Source: Candidatus Nomurabacteria bacterium (GTDB lineage Bacteria; Patescibacteriota; Minisyncoccia; Phycocordibacterales; UBA9973). From it: a DNA stretch of 64,000 nucleotides. The position numbers were made by a program, and so were the translations under genes. Positions 57,497 to 64,000 of the stretch are shown piece after piece. Every line of letters begins with the position of its first letter. Positions within the stretch are counted from its first letter, which is position 1. The notes under the pieces were generated by a model, which saw only the letters and a program-made list of their open reading frames with translations, had not been told where the DNA came from and searched no databases. The DNA lies in contig JAPLXP010000004.1 of the NCBI GenBank assembly GCA_026396015.1, forward strand, positions 1,546-65,545, given 5' to 3'.

Positions 57497-58759
57497 CTAT
57501 AGAAAAGCCTTATTCCTCTTGCTCCTATGGAACGTGATAGCAAATCTATGAGACTCAACGTTTGCCAATATTATAACCTTTTTAAATTTTACAATAATAT
57601 TTTCATCACCCAATAATGCTTTTGCTTTATGACGATCATCCTTGATCACTCCTACTACTGGGATTTCAAATTGATAACGAGAGAGCACTCTCTTTGCGGT
57701 ATTCACCTGAGCTACTCCACCATCCACTACTACCAGATCGGGCATCCCCCACTCTGTATGACGAAAACGACGAGATAAAACTTCTTCGAGTGCTCCAGTA
57801 TCATTCGCATCTTTTTGAGTCTCGATAATAAATTTCCTGTATTCACTATTCTCACTCTGACCATTCATTACCACAGTCATCACACCCACCATATTTTTCC
57901 CTGACATATGCGCTATGTCATAGGCCTCAATGCGATACGCAGACGGGAAGTGATTTTGAAAATGGTCTGGCCGAGCACCCTTCTTTTTTCCCTCGCGAGG
58001 AGATCCGAGGACCTTTTCAAAGGCACTTACTGTCGGAGATACTAAATCATCCTTGATGAGCGCAACATCATTGATATGCTCGAGAGCGAAAATCTTTTTC
58101 TTTATTTCTCCTGCGCGTTCAAATTCTTTTTTCTTTGCATAGGCCATCATGTCTTTTCGCAATCCTACGATGACCTGCTTTTTCTTTCCTTGGAAAAATA
58201 ATATTAAATTCCTAATATTTTTTTCTTGGTCTTTTTCTGGAATCAATGATAGCTGTTTGTAGAATTGGAAATTCTGCTTCTTATCTGAGTGATTGTCAAA
58301 ATAAGGGAAAATTTTTCGGACGATTCTCATCGCCTCACGAAGCTGTAATCCATTTGGGAATGGACCAAAAACCTTTTTATAATTTTTCTTGTCCAATTTT
58401 CTACCACGAACAACTAGTACCTTGGACACTTTGTCTTTTGTGAAAACAACATAATTGAAGCTCTTATTGTCTTTTTCTTTTGTATTGTATCTAGGCTGAT
58501 GTTTCTTTATCAATTCAGCTTCTAGTATCAATGCCTCCAATACACTATCAGTTCCTTGATATTCAATACGATCAGCAGATACGACCATGTCCACTAGTAG
58601 CGGTCCACGAGTAGCAATGAGGTCGCGACCAAAATAGCTCTTTACCCTATCACGTAGAGACGTAGCTTTGCCGATATACAGGATATCCTTTCCTTTGTAG
58701 AAGAAATAAACACCAGGATTGTCTGGTAGATTAAACTTTTTAAGTTCTTGACTTTTCAT
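57497..58759 (-). CDS. uvrC: excinuclease ABC subunit C (short form lacking C-terminal HhH)
   Basis: GIY-YIG (GVYFFYKGKDILYIGKATSLRDR) and an RNase H-like UvrC domain. 420 aa. Confidence 0.75.
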   Translation of the reverse strand: MKSQELKKFNLPDNPGVYFFYKGKDILYIGKATSLRDRVKSYFGRDLIATRGPLLVDMVVSADRIEYQGTDSVLEALILEAELIKKHQPRYNTKEKDNKSFNYVVFTKDKVSKVLVVRGRKLDKKNYKKVFGPFPNGLQLREAMRIVRKIFPYFDNHSDKKQNFQFYKQLSLIPEKDQEKNIRNLILFFQGKKKQVIVGLRKDMMAYAKKKEFERAGEIKKKIFALEHINDVALIKDDLVSPTVSAFEKVLGSPREGKKKGARPDHFQNHFPSAYRIEAYDIAHMSGKNMVGVMTVVMNGQSENSEYRKFIIETQKDANDTGALEEVLSRRFRHTEWGMPDLVVVDGGVAQVNTAKRVLSRYQFEIPVVGVIKDDRHKAKALLGDENIIVKFKKVIILANVESHRFAITFHRSKRNKAFL

Positions 58760-58799
58760 AGATTTACTATATTATAAAATTAAAATAAATCAAAATAAT

Positions 58800-59243
58800 A
58801 TGAAAATAGCAGTATTAAAGCAAGTCCCTATTTTGAGTGACGAACTTAAAAAACGTATCATTGACCATGCATTGTACATGAAAAATACCCACAACATCAA
58901 CATTGATATTGATGGGGTTCATGGAATAAACAAGCATACGTATGTAGCACTCAATAATTGGATAATTGACGAGGCTCGAGTGAGAGCCTTAGGGAAAGTT
59001 TTAATTTCACAAGAAATTACTTTAATAGAGAGTAATTTAGACAAGGAAATTGAAGAAGGAAATACTGCTAGATTTAGTGGTAGCTATGAATTTTTCAAAA
59101 TTAAAGATACTGAAACACCGATGAAAGATGGTACTGAAGTTTTTTTACTCACAATTATCCTGAAGGATATGGAGTCAAAAGATTATATGGTCATCACAAA
59201 AGACGGTGAACAAATTAAGGTATTAAAACCCTGTGGTGAATAA
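58800..59243 (+). CDS. hypothetical protein
   Basis: 147-aa ORF. Confidence 0.4.
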   Translation: MKIAVLKQVPILSDELKKRIIDHALYMKNTHNINIDIDGVHGINKHTYVALNNWIIDEARVRALGKVLISQEITLIESNLDKEIEEGNTARFSGSYEFFKIKDTETPMKDGTEVFLLTIILKDMESKDYMVITKDGEQIKVLKPCGE

Positions 59244-59295
59244 ATTCATCACACAAAAGCAAAAACTAGTTGATATAATTTATCAACTAGTTTTT

Positions 59296-62007
59296 TTATT
59301 TCCTCTTCAATACTTTTTTCAAATATTTACCAGTGTGAGATTTTGGATTGTTTGCAACTTCTTCGGGAGTTCCCTTTGCTACAATCTTTCCACCACCTGT
59401 ACCACCCTCGGGTCCGATATCGATAAGATAATCAGAACATTTGATAATATCCATATTGTGCTCGATCAATACTACTGTATTACCTTTGTCTACGAGCTTG
59501 TTGAGTACTTCCAATAGCTTGGCCACATCATCGTAGTGCAGTCCTACTGTAGGCTCGTCCAATAGATAGATAGTCTTCTCTAAGTGAGGACGATAAAGCT
59601 CGCTAGAAATCTTTACACGCTGAGCCTCTCCTCCTGATAGTGTCGTCGCAGATTGACCGAGAGTCAGATATCCTAGACCCACATCCATCAATGTACGAAC
59701 GCGGTCGTACACAGCAGGAATATCTTCAAAGAACACTAGAGATTCCTCGACTGTCATTTGTAATACTTCGTAAACATTTTTCTTTTTATATTTTACAGTC
59801 AGAGTCTCCTTGTCGAAGCGCTTGCCCATACATACATCACAAGTCACGTAGACCGTAGGTAGGAAGTGCATTTCTACTGCAATCTCACCATTACCCTCAC
59901 AGGCTTCACAGCGACCACCTTTTACATTGAAAGAGAATCTGTTGGACTTCCATCCACGAAGACGTGCATCCTCAGTAGCAGCAAATAGATCACGTATATG
60001 AGTGAACGCACCTGTATAGGTAGCTAGGTTTGAACGAGGTGTTCGCCCAATTGGAGATTGATCTATCAAGATCGCACGAGAAAGATATTCTGACCCAGTA
60101 AATGAGGCACAGTTATATGTCTTGGCAGTTCGGAATTTTCTATCATATTTACCCTGCAGATTCTTGTGCAATATCTCGTACATAAATGAACTCTTACCAG
60201 ATCCAGACACACCAGTGATGGTGACCATCTTGCCCAGTGGCACATCCGCATTCATATTATCAATGTTGAAAACTTTTCCACCTACGATCTTGATCATACC
60301 CTTGTCTTTACTGCGGCGCTCTTCGGGCACCTCGATGCGAGTCTCGTTTCTTAAATACGAAAGTGTACGGCTGCCTGATTTATTTTTTGGAGCGTCTAGC
60401 AATTCTTGAAGATATCCAGATACTACAACCTGCCCACCATGAACACCAGCCTTTGGACCGATATCGATAATATAGTCTGAAGCGTATATAGTATCCTCAT
60501 CGTGTTCTACTACAATAATAGTATTGCCTAGGTCACGAAGATTTTCAAGAGTTCTGATTAATTTTTCATTGTCGCGTTGATGCAGACCGATAGTAGGTTC
60601 GTCGAGCACATACAGTGCACCCACGAGGCGTGATCCTAGTTGTGATGCGAGACGAATACGCTGAGCTTCACCTCCAGACAATGTATTGGCTTTTCTATTT
60701 AGAGACAAATATTCAAGTCCTACATTCAACAAGAATTGAATACGCGCTTCGATCTCTTTGATTACTACTTTTGAGATTTCTTTTTCTTGTTCATTAAGTT
60801 CTAATTCTACAAAAAAGTCTGCGACTTTCTCAATTGAAAGTTCTGTAATATTCAAGATATTTGTTTTACCTTTTCCGAGATATACATGTAGTGCCTCGAT
60901 ACGTAGACGTGCACCGTTACACTTTTCACATTCATCGAGTGCTCCAAAATATTTTGTACCTAGACCGTTACAATCAGGACACGCACCATACGGACTATTG
61001 AAAGAGAAAAGTCTTGGTTCTATCTCAGGGAAAGAGAACCCATCATTTGAACAAGCAAATTTTGTAGACATTACGAATTCCTCATACGAATCAAGATCCT
61101 TAGAAAAATCCTTCTCTCCGTCATTCGCATTCTGGCCTGGAAGTGCAAGTTCTTTCTGTTCGTTGCGCAGATTCCTACGAGAAGATTTATTCTGCAGATC
61201 TTTAATACCGAATTGTATAGTCACCAATCCGTCAGCTTCATTGATAGCGCGCTCTACTGCCTCGGATAGTCTCATGCGAGCATCACTAGGATTATCGCGG
61301 AATTCATGTACAGCAAAACTATCCACCAATACATCTATATTGTGCGGCTTTGTTTTTGATAGATCAATTCTCTCGCGGAGATTACGAATCTCGCCATCGA
61401 GACGAATCTTTTGATAACCTTTGTTCAGCAGATCATAGAGCATCTGATAGTACTCGCCCTTTCTGCCACGGACTACTGGTGCATAGATAGATACAGGTGT
61501 CTCGTCCCATTCTACACCCATCACCTTTTGCTTCTTTGCTGTTTTTTCAAAAGTTTTTATTTTTTCTAAAATGAAATTTAAAATTTCTTCATTGGAAAGT
61601 TTTTTAATTTCAGCTCCACATTCTGGACAGTGAGGTCGTCCGATACGTGCATAGAGAACACGAAGATAGTCGTATATCTCAGTGATAGTCGCCACTGTAG
61701 AGCGAGGATTGTTTGATCGAGATTTCTGATCAATAGATATAGCTGGAGAAAGACCTGTTATCTCGTCTACATCAGGCTTTGGCATCTGATTGAGGAATTG
61801 GCGAGCGTAGGCAGAAAGAGATTCTACATATCGGCGCTGACCTTCTGCGAAGATAGTATCAAAGGCAAGTGATGATTTACCAGAACCAGACATACCAGTA
61901 ATAACCACCATCTTGTTGCGAGGCATTTCTACACTGATATTCTTTAGGTTATGAGTGCGCGCACCCTTTACTATTATTTTATCTATATTTTTATCTATTT
62001 TAGCCAT
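59296..62007 (-). CDS. uvrA: excinuclease ABC subunit A
   Basis: Two ABC modules ([22 protein letters not shown]) and zinc-finger cysteines. Confidence 0.95.
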   Translation of the reverse strand: MAKIDKNIDKIIVKGARTHNLKNISVEMPRNKMVVITGMSGSGKSSLAFDTIFAEGQRRYVESLSAYARQFLNQMPKPDVDEITGLSPAISIDQKSRSNNPRSTVATITEIYDYLRVLYARIGRPHCPECGAEIKKLSNEEILNFILEKIKTFEKTAKKQKVMGVEWDETPVSIYAPVVRGRKGEYYQMLYDLLNKGYQKIRLDGEIRNLRERIDLSKTKPHNIDVLVDSFAVHEFRDNPSDARMRLSEAVERAINEADGLVTIQFGIKDLQNKSSRRNLRNEQKELALPGQNANDGEKDFSKDLDSYEEFVMSTKFACSNDGFSFPEIEPRLFSFNSPYGACPDCNGLGTKYFGALDECEKCNGARLRIEALHVYLGKGKTNILNITELSIEKVADFFVELELNEQEKEISKVVIKEIEARIQFLLNVGLEYLSLNRKANTLSGGEAQRIRLASQLGSRLVGALYVLDEPTIGLHQRDNEKLIRTLENLRDLGNTIIVVEHDEDTIYASDYIIDIGPKAGVHGGQVVVSGYLQELLDAPKNKSGSRTLSYLRNETRIEVPEERRSKDKGMIKIVGGKVFNIDNMNADVPLGKMVTITGVSGSGKSSFMYEILHKNLQGKYDRKFRTAKTYNCASFTGSEYLSRAILIDQSPIGRTPRSNLATYTGAFTHIRDLFAATEDARLRGWKSNRFSFNVKGGRCEACEGNGEIAVEMHFLPTVYVTCDVCMGKRFDKETLTVKYKKKNVYEVLQMTVEESLVFFEDIPAVYDRVRTLMDVGLGYLTLGQSATTLSGGEAQRVKISSELYRPHLEKTIYLLDEPTVGLHYDDVAKLLEVLNKLVDKGNTVVLIEHNMDIIKCSDYLIDIGPEGGTGGGKIVAKGTPEEVANNPKSHTGKYLKKVLKRK

Positions 62008-62225
62008 AATTCAAATTCTCCTTACAGGAGCAGTATACCTTTTGGGTATTTTTTATTCTTCATAAAATACCCAAAAGGTCTTGCGCTTTGGGTCCCTCTC
62101 CCAAAGCTCACCCGCCAACATTCTATGTGGGGGTGTATCAATATTAAACTATTTGTAGTATAGCATTTATTGAAAATTTGACAAACACTGATATTCTTAG
62201 TATATTTTTACAAATCCCAAATAAA

Positions 62226-62651
62226 ATGAAAATAATAGTAGTAGACGATTCAAAATTATTAATAGAAAGTATCAAAAGACTATTTAATACTCAAACAACC
62301 GACAAACATGAATTTTTGGATGTATTGGTATCTAATGACACACCACTATCAAATGTTATTTCTAAAATACTAGAATTCAAGTATGATATTATCTTTATGG
62401 ATGATAACCTAGCAACTTATTATACAGGTAAAGATATCACTGAAAAATTAGAACAATTAGATGAAATAAATTTCGATAAAAATAAATTTATAGGTACTTA
62501 TGGGTTGAGTAGACAGGAGTACTGTGGGCATCAATGGTACGGCAAAACAATCTGGGAAAAACCATCTGGAAAACAAGCTTCATTATTTTTATTATTTAAA
62601 ATATTAGAAAAGATAAAAGTAATAAATGACACAAACTTTTCCATACATTAA
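62226..62651 (+). CDS. CheY-like receiver-domain protein (divergent)
   Basis: MKIIVVDDS...IIFMDDNL. Confidence 0.4.
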   Translation: MKIIVVDDSKLLIESIKRLFNTQTTDKHEFLDVLVSNDTPLSNVISKILEFKYDIIFMDDNLATYYTGKDITEKLEQLDEINFDKNKFIGTYGLSRQEYCGHQWYGKTIWEKPSGKQASLFLLFKILEKIKVINDTNFSIH

Positions 62652-62688
62652 ACAAAAACAGCCTTCTTAGATGAAGGCTGTTTTATAT
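62652..62688. terminator. bidirectional terminator
   Basis: CAGCCTTCttagatGAAGGCTG. Confidence 0.6.
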
Positions 62689-62703
62689 TACACTTGTAAA
62701 ACA

Positions 62704-64000
62704 TTATTTTAAAATCTTCTTAATTTTATTTTTTGTCTTAGTATCGAGCACTCCTGTCACTGATATTTTATTTGCTTTTTGCCATTCGATAAGTGCCTGT
62801 TTGGTGTCATTACCAAAATAATTGGTAACTCCATTTTTTTTCAATGCTTTAGCTTTTGACCCTTTGTTTTGATCAATCAAAAACTGTTGCAATGTTTTAA
62901 CATCATTATTCTTGGAACCAACCTTTAAATCTTTTTTAATATTTTGTATTTCCGGAGTGTTGTGAACAATCTCTATATTTTTTTCAGGAATAATTTGACT
63001 GGCACCATTTGAAGAATCCATCTTAATAACATTTATAGGATTTATCATTTGCATTGGCGGATGTCCACCAGAATGAACAGGAATACTAATTACATAAGAA
63101 AATGATGAATTAGAAAAATTACCAAAACTATTACAAGCTCTTGCATAAATAGTCTGAGAAGACAGAATATCTATTGGTCCAGAATACAAAGTTCCATCCG
63201 AACAACTGCTCAATGAACCAGTAGCAGAATACCTAATATAATCACTACCAGCAGCAGACAGAGATACTTGTTGTGTCTGATGATAGACACCTTCAGGAAT
63301 AGAAGATGTAATTCCAGACTGTGCATCAGTCAATTCTAAGACGATAAAACCATAAGTATTACCATTATAATTATTATCACTTGTAGTTGATAGCATCAAA
63401 TTACCGTCAGACGGAATAATTGAAGCTGGAGTATTTATGTTTTCTGATTCAATAATTTTTACAGCCTTACCGATAAATTTAGAAGGTAATGTGGTTACAT
63501 CATTATTTGCACTTCTATGGAAATCCATATAAACTAAATCACGATTATTTTGATTATTCCAATATGCAGTTTTACCAATATCATATTGTTTTGGATCAAT
63601 CCATTGACGATACGCATATGCATCATAAGTTACATTATTGATGACACCATTATTTCCAACCATCTGAGGGTAAGTTTTTTGAGTTGTGGCTATTGTCCAA
63701 CAAGGATTTCCTGTAGTAAAACAATTTCTATTCTCAGCAGAAGTAGACCCATAAGGACCATAGCCAAAAGCAAAACCAATATCATAATTACTATCAACAT
63801 TTCTCTTTTTAAAAATAATTTCTCTATTTGGAGGATTATTTATATTATCCACATGAGTACTATCAAAATAAACAGGGCTTACTGGGGCAGAATCAAAAAG
63901 TTGTGTAGATTTAAAATCATAACCACCATTTGTTTTTGTTTTTGGTATATAAAAATAAGTATGATCATAAGCAGGAGTTATAGGTGCATTTGTCTGAATT
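62704..64000 (-). CDS. cell-surface protein with one CHB_HEX_C-like unit and C-terminal PG_binding_1 domain, 5' end beyond window
   Basis: The frame stays open to the window edge (the listed GTG is not necessarily the start). The C-terminal LQQFLI..NGV..FG..T..AL..WQ motif is shared with the giant protein at 21935. Confidence 0.6.
   Translation of the reverse strand, partial: IQTNAPITPAYDHTYFYIPKTKTNGGYDFKSTQLFDSAPVSPVYFDSTHVDNINNPPNREIIFKKRNVDSNYDIGFAFGYGPYGSTSAENRNCFTTGNPCWTIATTQKTYPQMVGNNGVINNVTYDAYAYRQWIDPKQYDIGKTAYWNNQNNRDLVYMDFHRSANNDVTTLPSKFIGKAVKIIESENINTPASIIPSDGNLMLSTTSDNNYNGNTYGFIVLELTDAQSGITSSIPEGVYHQTQQVSLSAAGSDYIRYSATGSLSSCSDGTLYSGPIDILSSQTIYARACNSFGNFSNSSFSYVISIPVHSGGHPPMQMINPINVIKMDSSNGASQIIPEKNIEIVHNTPEIQNIKKDLKVGSKNNDVKTLQQFLIDQNKGSKAKALKKNGVTNYFGNDTKQALIEWQKANKISVTGVLDTKTKNKIKKILK

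Overview
This is a low-GC (~35%) stretch of bacterial chromosome, gene-dense on both strands. The gene content fits a Candidate Phyla Radiation (Patescibacteria)-type organism, but that is an inference, not a database result. The protein-coding backbone is housekeeping: tsaD, valS, Hsp20, glutaredoxin, lepA, an MsbA-like ABC exporter, murJ, leuS, tsaC, ychF, miaA, Ham1/rdgB, rpmG, alr, murB, an HTH-MurA fusion, mntH, ddl, uvrC and uvrA. Five tRNA genes are present: Phe, Arg(CCU), Trp, Leu(CAA) and Cys. Several regions are accessory-like.

- **tRNA-linked structured elements (most unusual).** Every tRNA here carries short 'echo' copies of its own 5' or 3' end. Arg, Trp and Leu are each followed by a ~100-130 nt structured element built on one plan: a GC-rich hairpin with a CUGC loop, an antisense copy of the T-arm, a TTTTC...GAAAA core hairpin, then a sense copy of the tRNA T-loop/acceptor 3' end. 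The tRNA-Trp version is present three times and punctuates a tandem array of small gene cassettes, where the usual secE-nusG neighbourhood would be expected.
- **A cluster at 42.5-51.3 kb.** Two paralogous TraG/VirD4-like P-loop ATPases flank two paralogous ~570-aa cysteine-rich multi-zinc-ribbon proteins. Each of the latter is preceded or followed by copies of a 34-36 bp palindrome.
- **A giant cell-surface gene (~5.9 kb).** It encodes a signal peptide, a CE4-deacetylase-like domain, ~13 near-identical CHB_HEX_C-like 80-aa repeats and a peptidoglycan-binding domain. It is interrupted by two frameshifts and carries recombination-junction duplicates.

No CRISPR array, rRNA or obvious transposase/integrase was found.
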